Positions 54,850 to 63,975 of a stretch of DNA of 64,000 nucleotides are shown piece after piece. The translations under genes and the position numbers were made by a program. Position 1 is the first letter of the stretch. Each line of letters starts with the position of its first letter. Origin of the DNA: Parcubacteria group bacterium Gr01-1014_8. GTDB taxonomy: Bacteria; Patescibacteriota; Minisyncoccia; Phycocordibacterales; UBA2100. The notes beneath the pieces are model-generated. The model ran no database searches. It saw nothing but the letters and a program-made list of their open reading frames with translations, and was not told the origin of the DNA. The stretch is from assembly GCA_007376385.1 (NCBI GenBank), contig VMGC01000001.1:256001-320000 (forward strand), written 5' to 3'.

Positions 54850-55565
54850 TCGTGAGTGTTTACACCGCAATTTCTTCTTGGAATTCAGGTAGAATCATGT
54901 GGCCGAAGATGGTACAAATGACCAATCTGTCAGTAGGGTATATGCTAAAAAAGACTCTTCGTTCGTCGTTTCCATCGATCTACCATGCGCTTTGGCGTAT
55001 CAAAGAATTTATGAGGACAGGTCATTTCACTAAGCGATGGGAGCACTACTATGAAGCAAATACAGGAAAAAGTCCGTGGATCACGGATGCGATACCTGAA
55101 CTCTCGAACATACAGTTGCCGGCTCATGTTGATACCATTCTCGACGTTGGTTGTGCATCGGGCCGTAGCTTCATACCGTTTGACCGGAAGCTTAAGTTGT
55201 GGGGCATCGATATCGTTCCGTATGGGCGCATAAAATGGGTTCGGCCATTCTCAAACCTGACCTATGAGCAGATTACTGTCGAAAAATTAACCGAGAGGTT
55301 TGAGCGCGAGGAAATCGATCTCTCGCATACATTTGTCTTTGAATGCGGAACTCTGATGTACATTGGGGCGGACTATCAGAACCGCTTCTTTAATGCCTGC
55401 CAGAAGCGGGGCTGCCGAAATTTCATGTTTCTTGATTATCCGCCAGGTACGGTAGGGTATGAGGATGAACATCTGAAGATATCGGAGGATCTTTTCAAAA
55501 AATCCGATAGTTCGATGAATGAAAAGTTGAAAGTCTACACCCTGATGGAATCTTCTCGCGACTGA
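54846..55565 (+). CDS. Putative class I SAM-dependent methyltransferase
   Basis: ILDVGCASGRSF motif I; 239 aa; ATGA overlap with the upstream gene. Confidence 0.5.
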   Translation: MIVSVYTAISSWNSGRIMWPKMVQMTNLSVGYMLKKTLRSSFPSIYHALWRIKEFMRTGHFTKRWEHYYEANTGKSPWITDAIPELSNIQLPAHVDTILDVGCASGRSFIPFDRKLKLWGIDIVPYGRIKWVRPFSNLTYEQITVEKLTERFEREEIDLSHTFVFECGTLMYIGADYQNRFFNACQKRGCRNFMFLDYPPGTVGYEDEHLKISEDLFKKSDSSMNEKLKVYTLMESSRD

Positions 55566-55591
55566 AAGGAAGCCGTGATAGCATCGCCATA

Positions 55592-56641
55592 ATGTTCAAA
55601 ATAGGGCAAAGGGACATAGGCAGGGGAGCGCCGGTGTTTATTGTTGCGGAAGTGTCGGGCAATCATAATGGCGACATCAAGCGTGCACTCGATATCATCG
55701 ACGCGGCGGCAGATGCGGGCGCAGACGCCGTGAAGCTGCAGACATACACGCCGGATACGATGACCATCGACTCCGACCTCCCGTATTTCAAGGTTCATTC
55801 GAAGAACAGCAAATGGGACGGGAAGACGCTTTACGAACTGTATGCATGGGCGCAAACGCCGTGGGAATGGCATGAGAAACTTTTTGCACGCGCAAAAAGA
55901 CGAGGACTCATATGCTTTTCAACGCCTTTCGATGAAACGGCTGTCGATTTTCTGGAAAAACTTAGCCAGCCCGTCTACAAAGTCGCTTCGTTCGAAGTGG
56001 TTGATATTCCTCTTCTCGAGCGGATCGGAAAGACCAAGAAGCCTGTCATCATGTCACGAGGCATGGCCACAACTTCTGAACTTTCTCTTGCATTGAAAAC
56101 ATTAAAAAAAGCGGGTGCTCCAAGCGTTGCAGTGCTCCAATGTGTGAGTGAATATCCCGCCAAGCCAGAAGACATGCATCTTTCGAATATTCCGGATATC
56201 GAAAAAAGATTTAAAGTAGTCGCTGGCCTTTCCGACCACACCCTTTCCAATGATACCGTTGTCGCGGCCGTTGCTCTCGGTGCATGCATTATCGAGAAGC
56301 ATCTTACTCTGCGGCGTGCCGATGGGGGACCTGACGCATCATTCTCTCTTGAGCCGCACGAATTCAAAGAACTCGTTGCCTCTGTGCGCGAAGTTGAGCG
56401 GGCAATAGGAAAGCCATCCTTCGAGCGCTCAAAAGGAGAGGTTGCGAATCTTGCGTTCCGCCGCTCGTTGTTTGCTGTTAAAGATATCGCGAAAGGAGAA
56501 CGATTCACCAGTCAAAATGTCCGCTCTATTCGGCCGGGGCATGGTCTTGCGCCGAAAGAGCTAACGCGCGTTCTCAAAAAGCGAGCTGCAAAAAACATCA
56601 AACGTGGAGAACCCTTGTCACTTCGGCTCTTGAGATATTGA
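55592..56641 (+). CDS. Pseudaminic/N-acetylneuraminic acid synthase family (PseI/NeuB-like) with SAF domain
   Basis: VFIVAEVSGNHNGDIKRALDIIDAAADAGADAVKLQTY…; 349 aa. Confidence 0.85.
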   Translation: MFKIGQRDIGRGAPVFIVAEVSGNHNGDIKRALDIIDAAADAGADAVKLQTYTPDTMTIDSDLPYFKVHSKNSKWDGKTLYELYAWAQTPWEWHEKLFARAKRRGLICFSTPFDETAVDFLEKLSQPVYKVASFEVVDIPLLERIGKTKKPVIMSRGMATTSELSLALKTLKKAGAPSVAVLQCVSEYPAKPEDMHLSNIPDIEKRFKVVAGLSDHTLSNDTVVAAVALGACIIEKHLTLRRADGGPDASFSLEPHEFKELVASVREVERAIGKPSFERSKGEVANLAFRRSLFAVKDIAKGERFTSQNVRSIRPGHGLAPKELTRVLKKRAAKNIKRGEPLSLRLLRY

Positions 56642-57963
56642 GACAACAGCATATGAGTCTTGATAATGTATCAATGCGTCTCCGCTCTCCCGAGGAAATC
56701 GAGGCGTTAGAAACCAACATTCTCACCTATGAGAACCCAGATGCGGATCCGAAATCGAAACGTGTTCTAGTGTCAGCGGATAACCCCGGGGCGTTCAATG
56801 CGATGCAACATATTGTTCGCGCGCTTATGCACGATTCTCGTTGCAGTGGGGTAGTTGCTCTTATGTCCGGCAAAGCAATGGAGAACTTCGACAAAGAATG
56901 TCCGGGATTTACTCATGTGCGCGATGAAGAAACGAGACCCGATGGTTCAAAGCGACTGAAGGGCATCTTTGAAGAGTTAGGCGATCTTTCAGAAAAACAC
57001 CCATTCGATGTGGCGCTTGTGTCCATTTCTGCGAAAGACGGTCCAGAAACATCGCTGCTCTTCGCAGGCAAAGGAGTGTTCGGTAAAAAGGGTTTTCTTG
57101 GGTTCGGAAGAATGAAAACGTATATGTACGTTGATGCGTGGGGAGGTCCAGGAGGCGCATTCAAACTACCGACCGATCAAATGGAAAAGATGGATGGTAT
57201 CTTTTGTAACGATAATCTCGCAAAGGGCATTATCCATCGTGCATATCCTAACTTTCCAGAGCAACGTATACAGGCACTCGGTTCCCCTGTTGCAGAGCAT
57301 ATCGACCCCTCTCGTGTGAAAGAGAATCGGGAAAAGGCTCGACAAGAGCTTAAGATATCGAGCGACAGTTTTGTCGTATTTTATATTGGTGATCGAGCGC
57401 GCGACTATGAAGGCCACTCGATATATAACCCTAATTCGAACATCGAGACATTTGAAAAAACGACTGATGTCCTGAAAACATGGGCGCAGAAGGAGAAGAA
57501 CCGCAATCGGAAAATTGCCTTCATTACGCGGCCGCACCCTCGCGATGAAGAAAAGGCTCGTTTCGAGAGAGTGGTGAGAGCCACCGCGAATGATATGCCT
57601 CCAAATATTCAGATTGTGTTTGCAACCGATACTGACGGAGAGCGCGATCGTCGCTTGTTTGGGCTTTGTGCAGATGCAGCAAATGTGGTGGCTGGTATTA
57701 TTCCCACAGATGTGCAGATGGCGCCTTTGAGAGGCAGTAACGGCATATACCTCGCCTTTCCAGAGCGGGGGCTGGGGAAAGACATTCAGTTGCAGATTTG
57801 GGGGCCGCTTGTAGGTTCTGTGGAAACGGAGAGGATAAAAATTGTATCCTCGGCAGGTGGGCTGGAGCGTGCTTTCGACGCATTTCTACAGGAGACTTCA
57901 TATGGATCCTCGGCATCGTCGGCAGGGGCAACGGCAGGAATAGTTGAAACAATACTTCGGTAA
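56638..57963 (+). CDS. Hypothetical protein (441 aa), possibly GT-B-like; contains an RPHPRD motif
   Basis: No confident family; positioned between PseI-like and the HP-motif transferase paralog. Confidence 0.45.
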   Translation: MRQQHMSLDNVSMRLRSPEEIEALETNILTYENPDADPKSKRVLVSADNPGAFNAMQHIVRALMHDSRCSGVVALMSGKAMENFDKECPGFTHVRDEETRPDGSKRLKGIFEELGDLSEKHPFDVALVSISAKDGPETSLLFAGKGVFGKKGFLGFGRMKTYMYVDAWGGPGGAFKLPTDQMEKMDGIFCNDNLAKGIIHRAYPNFPEQRIQALGSPVAEHIDPSRVKENREKARQELKISSDSFVVFYIGDRARDYEGHSIYNPNSNIETFEKTTDVLKTWAQKEKNRNRKIAFITRPHPRDEEKARFERVVRATANDMPPNIQIVFATDTDGERDRRLFGLCADAANVVAGIIPTDVQMAPLRGSNGIYLAFPERGLGKDIQLQIWGPLVGSVETERIKIVSSAGGLERAFDAFLQETSYGSSASSAGATAGIVETILR

Positions 57964-57970
57964 TGTTTGT

Positions 57971-59467
57971 ATGAAAGGCCTATTTATATTGCAGCGACGA
58001 TTTGCGTACATCGGCCATGAGATGGCGAAATTCCTTAAAGCGGACGGTGTTGCCGATGAATTTTGCGGGTACGTGCAAGTACGCGACGGCTATAGATTTC
58101 TGAAGGGCCAGAGCGATATCCGTTATACCGGATTAATTCTTGATGAGGACATACAGAAACAGTACAGAGATGAAAAACTTGATATCGCATATCTTGCGAA
58201 ACTTGAAGAAGAGTACGGCACGCTTTGGAAATATATCAATGTGGATCGCGTCATCAGTCACGGACAACTTGTGCGTGAGTACCCTTTTGACCGCTCGCCA
58301 TATACGCACGAAGAAATGCTCCGCATGGTGCAAGTGTATGCAAAGAACATCGAAGCGTTTCTTGATAGAGAGAAGCCGGATTTTGTCTTTGGCTACATAT
58401 TCGGCAGTCTCGGCATGCTTCTTCTCCATGACATGGCACAGAAACGCGGTATTCCAATTCTTACGACAATAGTTCCCTCGACGCGCGATCTTGTCTCGGT
58501 AACCGGTTCGTACGAGCGTATCACCGGAGTCGAAGAAAGGTTCCGCGACAATCTAAAGAAACCGTTAGAGCAGATAGAATCATACAGCGAAGCGCGGGAT
58601 TTTCTTGAAGAATTCCGCAGAAAACCCTTTGTCTATACGAAAGTCGTTGTTTCTCGGGTGAAGGGAGGACGCTTTGCGCAATTCTCGTTCTTAAGACCTC
58701 GGCAGGTGTTGTGGACTCTGTACTTCAATTTTTTCCACATTTTTATCGAATGGATGCGCGATAGCGAACGCCGCACAGACTACTCGACTGTGAACCCGTT
58801 TTTTCATGTGTATGACCATGTAAAGAGAAAATTACGCAACCTCGTCGGACTCAATGATCTCTATGATGTATTCGATACGTCGAAGTCGTACGCGTTTTTT
58901 CCCTTACAGTACGAGCCTGAAACGACGCTGCTTCTCCTCGCTCCGAACGAGACAGATCAAGTGCAGACGATTACTCGCACCGCCTGTTCGCTTCCTGCAG
59001 GCATGCTTCTGTATGTGAAAGAGCACCCTGGCATGACCCCGTACCGTCCGCGCGCGTTCTATCGCAGACTAAAAAAAATACCGAACGTCCGTCTCATGAA
59101 TCCCGCGCTTTCGAGTTTCGAGATCATCAAACACTGCAGATTGGTGACTGTTATCAGCGGTACGCCGGGCTGGGAGGCCGCCCTTCTCAAAAAACCAGTC
59201 ATCACGTTCGGCCACGTTTTTTACAATGCCTTGTCATTCATTGGAAAATACCGTGTGCCTGAAGAATTGCCGGAACTTGTCCGGAAGCAACTTAGCGTGC
59301 AAACAGATGATAAGGAATTGCTTGCATTCCTTGCTGCTCTTTTTGCGGATTGTGCGTCGCTTGACTTGATGTATTTGTGGGAGATAGAAGAAAACGAAGA
59401 AAAGCGCCGCGTAGGTTTCAAGAAGTTTGCGGATGTGCTCGCTGCGAAGATACGTTTGATAGAATGA
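57971..59467 (+). CDS. Capsule_synth (KpsS/LpsZ)-like GT-B protein with HP motif; putative CMP-ulosonic-acid glycosyltransferase; paralog of 42185..43606
   Basis: ORF track begins at a TTG (57944) overlapping the upstream gene; trimmed to ATG 57971. YVKEHPGMTPY … VTVISGTPGWEAALLKKPVITFGHVFY. Confidence 0.55.
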   Translation: MKGLFILQRRFAYIGHEMAKFLKADGVADEFCGYVQVRDGYRFLKGQSDIRYTGLILDEDIQKQYRDEKLDIAYLAKLEEEYGTLWKYINVDRVISHGQLVREYPFDRSPYTHEEMLRMVQVYAKNIEAFLDREKPDFVFGYIFGSLGMLLLHDMAQKRGIPILTTIVPSTRDLVSVTGSYERITGVEERFRDNLKKPLEQIESYSEARDFLEEFRRKPFVYTKVVVSRVKGGRFAQFSFLRPRQVLWTLYFNFFHIFIEWMRDSERRTDYSTVNPFFHVYDHVKRKLRNLVGLNDLYDVFDTSKSYAFFPLQYEPETTLLLLAPNETDQVQTITRTACSLPAGMLLYVKEHPGMTPYRPRAFYRRLKKIPNVRLMNPALSSFEIIKHCRLVTVISGTPGWEAALLKKPVITFGHVFYNALSFIGKYRVPEELPELVRKQLSVQTDDKELLAFLAALFADCASLDLMYLWEIEENEEKRRVGFKKFADVLAAKIRLIE

Positions 59468-59471
59468 CCGT

Positions 59472-60464
59472 ATGAAGATTTTGATTACAGGAGGAGCCGG
59501 CTTTATCGGGTATCATCTGGCGAAAAGACTTTCATCAGAGGGACACAATATAACGATTGCGGACAATTTCTTCCGCGGAAAGCGGGATGCTGAACTGGGG
59601 GCGCTATTAAAAAATCCGAACGTTCATCTCGTAGAGGCTGATCTATCGCAAAAAGACGCATGGAACGCCCTTGGGAAGGGATACGATCAGGTGTACCATC
59701 TCGTCGGTATCAACGGCACAAACCTGTTCTATGAAATTCCTCATGAAGTACTCCGTATTGGTGTTGCAAGTACGATGCATGCACTGGACTGGTTTCGGGG
59801 AGTGAACGGCGTGCCGGATGCAAAAATCCTATATACCTCAAGCAATGAGGCGTATGCGTCCGCACTTGAGGCGTATGGCTCGCTTCCGCTTCCCACACCG
59901 GAGAATGTGCCGCTTGTTATCGCGGACACGTACAACCCACGTTGGTCGTATGGAGGACAGAAGCTGATAGGGGAGCTGTTCTTTATTCATTACGCCAAGG
60001 CATATAACTTCCGGATGGTGATAGTGCGGCCGCACAATTTTTACGGACCTCGGTCAGGTTATGGACATGTTATTCCGGGGACGTTGGAAAAGATCAGAGT
60101 GAAGACGGATCCATTCCCGCTTCCCGGCGCAGACGAGACGCGTTCTTTTTGTTACATCGACGATGCGGTGGAAGCGATGCAGGTAGTTATGGGATCGCGC
60201 GCGACGGATGGAGGAACATACCACATCGGCAATCCGAACGAATTAAGCATGGAAGCGCTGGTTCAGGAAATATTCAATATTGCAAAGTGGCACCCGAAGA
60301 CACTTGAGAAAAAATTGTCTCCTGCGGGGAGCGTGAAGCGACGGCTCCCTGATGTGTCAAAGTTAAAGCGCGATACCGGTTGGGAGGCGAAAACTACTCT
60401 TGAGGAAGGTCTTAGGAAGACTGTGGAATGGTACCTTCTGAATCCGAAAGGAGATTCTCGCTAG
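59472..60464 (+). CDS. NAD-dependent nucleotide-sugar epimerase/dehydratase
   Basis: MKILITGGAGFIGYHLAKRL…, YGGQKLIGE catalytic YxxxK. Confidence 0.8.
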   Translation: MKILITGGAGFIGYHLAKRLSSEGHNITIADNFFRGKRDAELGALLKNPNVHLVEADLSQKDAWNALGKGYDQVYHLVGINGTNLFYEIPHEVLRIGVASTMHALDWFRGVNGVPDAKILYTSSNEAYASALEAYGSLPLPTPENVPLVIADTYNPRWSYGGQKLIGELFFIHYAKAYNFRMVIVRPHNFYGPRSGYGHVIPGTLEKIRVKTDPFPLPGADETRSFCYIDDAVEAMQVVMGSRATDGGTYHIGNPNELSMEALVQEIFNIAKWHPKTLEKKLSPAGSVKRRLPDVSKLKRDTGWEAKTTLEEGLRKTVEWYLLNPKGDSR

Positions 60465-61744
60465 AGATACGCATCAAAAAAAGATGCAAAGACCTTGATA
60501 ACATGGACTACGTGCGCTTTTGTTAATGCGGGGTGACAGCCGATGAAAACGCTCTGGTCCCGAATTGTGCGGGCGACGGGCAGTTCTCCCACTATACGCT
60601 GCGGTTCGTCTCGGAATGCCGGCTGGTCGGGGAGACATCCGCCAAAAAAAGGCCTTGTTTCTATACCCTTTGATTCGAGGCATTGGACGAATTCAAGACG
60701 AGAGAACGGGGCAGTTTTTTTTACTACGAACGGATACCCGTAATAGCTGTGGAATGCTCCCTTCGCTACTTTTGGGAGCTCGAGAAATTGTTCATATTTC
60801 TGGAATTTGTTGTTGTAGATCTGTATTGTTGCTATACGTTTTGCGTTCAACGCATCAAGTTTTTTTATTTGTTCGATACCGAGGGAAGCGGCTATGTCGG
60901 TCATACGGACGTTGTAGCCGATACGGGTGAAGATATAGCGCGCGTCAAATCCTGAAAGGACCTTGTCTTTATACGTGAACCGATTCGCATTCGCGATACT
61001 AGGAGGGAGTCTGCCAAATTCACGCAGCGATTGCAGCAGGTCGCGCATGGATTCATCGTTGGTAAATATCATGCCGCCTTCGCCTGTGGTTATGTTATGC
61101 GCCACAAAAAAACTGAGTGTCGCGATATCACCGAACGAGCCGACTTTTTTTCCGCCGATAGCCGCGCCATGCGCCTCGCAGCAATCTTCAAGGACGAGCA
61201 GGTCGTGTTTCTTTGCGATGCTCATGATGGCACCCATGTCCGCGGGATTACCGAAGGTATGCACCGGCATGATGACGCGCGTCTTCGGCGAGATCGCCTT
61301 TTCGACCCCTTTCGGGTCGATGTTCCACGAGGTCGGATCGATATCGACATAGACGGGGATGAGTCCGACTTGGATGATGGGGGAAGCGACAGTGGCGAAT
61401 GTCGTCGCAGGAAGAATGACCTCAGAACCCTTGGGGACAATTCCCGATGCGACAAGCGCCGAGAGAGCGAGCAGGTTAGCTGAAGAACCGGAATTTACGG
61501 CAACAGCGTACTTCACGCCAACATATTTCGCGCATGCATCCTCGAATTGCCTGACTTTTGGGCCCTGTGAGATCCTGAGGTCAATGAGCGACTGAAGCGC
61601 ATTTGTTATCTCCTTATGGTCAAAAACGGGCCAGCTGATGGTGACAATGCCGGGGGCGGGAACATTGTCATGCTTTTTCTCCTGCATGATCGTTTTAACC
61701 AGCGCGTTCAGTTTTGTGCGGGAGTTATTTTTTGTCTTTTTCAT
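60461..61744 (-). CDS. RfbH/DdhC-ColD-like PLP/PMP-dependent NDP-4-keto-6-deoxyhexose 3-dehydratase-like enzyme (DegT superfamily, His in place of the PLP lysine, no Fe-S cysteine motif)
   Basis: Collinear with Salmonella RfbH (NSGSSANLLALSAL; IPVYVDIDPTSWNID; VLEDCCEAHG; GSFGDIATLSFFVAHNITTGEGG; IGYNVRMTDIAAS; RIVGELPVARTIRDQSVFIGCHPALT). The position of the Schiff-base Lys reads AHN (His) as in E1/ColD. Region after REFGR lacks the E1 cysteine cluster. 427 aa. Confidence 0.7.
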   Translation of the reverse strand: MKKTKNNSRTKLNALVKTIMQEKKHDNVPAPGIVTISWPVFDHKEITNALQSLIDLRISQGPKVRQFEDACAKYVGVKYAVAVNSGSSANLLALSALVASGIVPKGSEVILPATTFATVASPIIQVGLIPVYVDIDPTSWNIDPKGVEKAISPKTRVIMPVHTFGNPADMGAIMSIAKKHDLLVLEDCCEAHGAAIGGKKVGSFGDIATLSFFVAHNITTGEGGMIFTNDESMRDLLQSLREFGRLPPSIANANRFTYKDKVLSGFDARYIFTRIGYNVRMTDIAASLGIEQIKKLDALNAKRIATIQIYNNKFQKYEQFLELPKVAKGAFHSYYGYPFVVKKTAPFSRLEFVQCLESKGIETRPFFGGCLPDQPAFRDEPQRIVGELPVARTIRDQSVFIGCHPALTKAHVVHVIKVFASFFDAYL

Positions 61745-62663
61745 TGTGCGTAAGAAAGTGAGTAATCGTCTTTTCCAGGCCGTCTTTCAGCGATGTGCGC
61801 GGCTTCCATGATAGAAACTTATTTGCTTTGGCAGTCGAGAGTCTGAATGGGGAAACCTCAATGCGTGCCGGGCGGGTGTCGGCATGCGAGGATACTATCG
61901 TAATTGTTTTTCCCAGTCGATGTTCCAATAGATTTTTTACGGTCTGGGCTATCTGTTTGAGAGCAATGGATCGGCCGCCTATGTTATATACCGCGTTCTG
62001 AACCTTTTGCGGTGCCCTCATGGCACAGAGGAATGCATCGGCAACATCTTCAACGTAAATGAAATTCTTTCGTATGGTGAGCGCGCCGACTGTAATTGTA
62101 TCGCTGGATATCATTTTTTGAATGACATCTGAAATGAACATCGAACGTGGCTGACCCGGCCCATAGACGCTGTCGAGTCGAAGAATAATGTACGGAATAT
62201 CGTACAGGCGTTGATAGGTTTCAAGCAGTGTCTCGCACATAATCTTTGCCGCTGTATAGGGTTCTATAGGGACAGGCCGTTTCTTTTCTGTGACTGTTCC
62301 GCTGTATGTTCCGTAGAGTCGATCTGTAGATGCAAAGATAATAAGCGGCTTCATTTCTTTTTTGCGGAATGTCTCAAGCACGTTCATCAGTATCGAGGTG
62401 TTGTGTTCTATTCTCTGTCGGGGTGCTTCCAAAGAAGCATTGATATCGATACTGCCGGCCAGATGGATGAACACATCGCAATTCTCTATCGCTTTCTCGA
62501 CCGATGCAGCATCGAGCAGGTTCGTCCGTATGTTTTTTACAGAAGGGATGGTCGCAGTCTCGTGTAAGAGCGCGGTGACGTTGAGTCCTTCGGCAGAGAG
62601 CTTTCTGCACACGTGAGAGCCGATAAAGCCGGCGGCGCCTGATACGACAACGTGAGTACTCAT
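61725..62663 (-). CDS. NAD-dependent nucleotide-sugar epimerase/dehydratase
   Basis: MSTHVVVSGAAGFIGSHVCRKL…; YTAAKIMCE catalytic motif. Confidence 0.8.
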   Translation of the reverse strand: MSTHVVVSGAAGFIGSHVCRKLSAEGLNVTALLHETATIPSVKNIRTNLLDAASVEKAIENCDVFIHLAGSIDINASLEAPRQRIEHNTSILMNVLETFRKKEMKPLIIFASTDRLYGTYSGTVTEKKRPVPIEPYTAAKIMCETLLETYQRLYDIPYIILRLDSVYGPGQPRSMFISDVIQKMISSDTITVGALTIRKNFIYVEDVADAFLCAMRAPQKVQNAVYNIGGRSIALKQIAQTVKNLLEHRLGKTITIVSSHADTRPARIEVSPFRLSTAKANKFLSWKPRTSLKDGLEKTITHFLTHNEKDKK

Positions 62664-63778
62664 ATTTCCGCTGCCGTCTGCAGTATTTTTCGTAATCTTA
62701 CCGCGAGGGTGCGATGGTCAAATTCAGATATTCGCTTGGCCGCGGCATGACTAAGTGTTTCGCGCATGTTCGGTGATTCTACGAGTTTTTCTATCGCTTT
62801 AGCAAGCGACACGGCGTCGTTGTCTTTGAACGTAAGAGTCGCCTCGCCTGCGAGCCATTCGAGTCCTCCTCCTTCGGGGACGACGACGGGACGGTGCACG
62901 GCAAGTGCTTCAAGGAGGAGTACCGATGAAAGTTCTTTGTGGAAGCGCGGATAGATGAATATGTCGCAATTGGCGAGTGTTGCATGCATTTCATGTTTTG
63001 ACACCCACCCTGGAAAATGAACAGTGTTCCCGATGCCGCGCGCCCTCGCTTGTTCTTGAAGTGCTTCACGTTCTGGGCCGTCGCCACTTAAGGTAACCGC
63101 TATCATTTCACGCTGCTGCTTCGGAAGAAGCGCAAGCGCATCTACGAGAAGGTTGAATCCCTTATCTTGGATCATGCGTCCCGATGCGAAGATACGCACG
63201 ACATTATCCTTTTTTTCGTGCGGCAATTTCTGCAATAGAGTGTTGTCGACAAAATCAGGCATCACGGAATGGTTCGACGAGGGGATGCGGATGCCGAATG
63301 CGCGGTAGCGTGCGGCGAGTTGTGGAGTGGTAAAGATAAAGTGGTCTATATGAGGTGCGAGGAACTTGTTTAAAAATCGTTCTATGTATTGACGTATGCG
63401 TGCGCGGAATGTGCTTGCGTTCCATGCGAGAGATTCGCGATTGTAAAATGCGACGACCGGCTTGCCGCCGAGTATGCGGTAGAGTGCGCCTCCGTAGGCA
63501 AATTGTCCTTCAATATGAAATACGTCCGTACTCTGCTGATGTTTACGGAGGATTTGAAGTATCTTCCAATGGATCTTGTGAAGCGTTTTTGGGGAAGAGA
63601 TGGATTCCTCGATGACTGTGTATGGCAGGTTCTCCAGTTTATTTAGCTCCGAAAAGACCGTAACTACTTGTACGTCCTCGCCAAGAGCTTGCATATCGCG
63701 GACTTTTAGGTCGAGGTCCGGTACAGAGCCGCCCGCGGATTCAAGATTGATTTTTGATGTAACGAACGTGACGCGCAT
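62660..63778 (-). CDS. Glycosyltransferase family 4
   Basis: GT-B group 1; …PRFHKELSSVLLLEALAVHRPVVVPEGGGLEWLAG…. Confidence 0.75.
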   Translation of the reverse strand: MRVTFVTSKINLESAGGSVPDLDLKVRDMQALGEDVQVVTVFSELNKLENLPYTVIEESISSPKTLHKIHWKILQILRKHQQSTDVFHIEGQFAYGGALYRILGGKPVVAFYNRESLAWNASTFRARIRQYIERFLNKFLAPHIDHFIFTTPQLAARYRAFGIRIPSSNHSVMPDFVDNTLLQKLPHEKKDNVVRIFASGRMIQDKGFNLLVDALALLPKQQREMIAVTLSGDGPEREALQEQARARGIGNTVHFPGWVSKHEMHATLANCDIFIYPRFHKELSSVLLLEALAVHRPVVVPEGGGLEWLAGEATLTFKDNDAVSLAKAIEKLVESPNMRETLSHAAAKRISEFDHRTLAVRLRKILQTAAEI

Positions 63779-63789
63779 ATCGATAGCGT

Positions 63790-63975
63790 CTATCCGCGTT
63801 TCGTAAATCGTTTAGCAATGAGTGCCGGGTTCAAAACATATTTGAGGAGCGAATGACGCAGCTCTCTCAGCGCATGCCAACCGGAAATATGAGGGTCAGG
63901 CCAGTTTGAGTACCACTCTGGCATAAGAGGATATTTTTCTTCGAGCGCACGATGCTGATCATTCGATACATACAT
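63790..63975 (-). CDS. Short ORF at the window edge, hypothetical (may be the 3' part of a longer gene starting beyond 64000)
   Basis: 61 aa ORF; no homology recognised. Confidence 0.2.
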   Translation of the reverse strand: MYVSNDQHRALEEKYPLMPEWYSNWPDPHISGWHALRELRHSLLKYVLNPALIAKRFTKRG

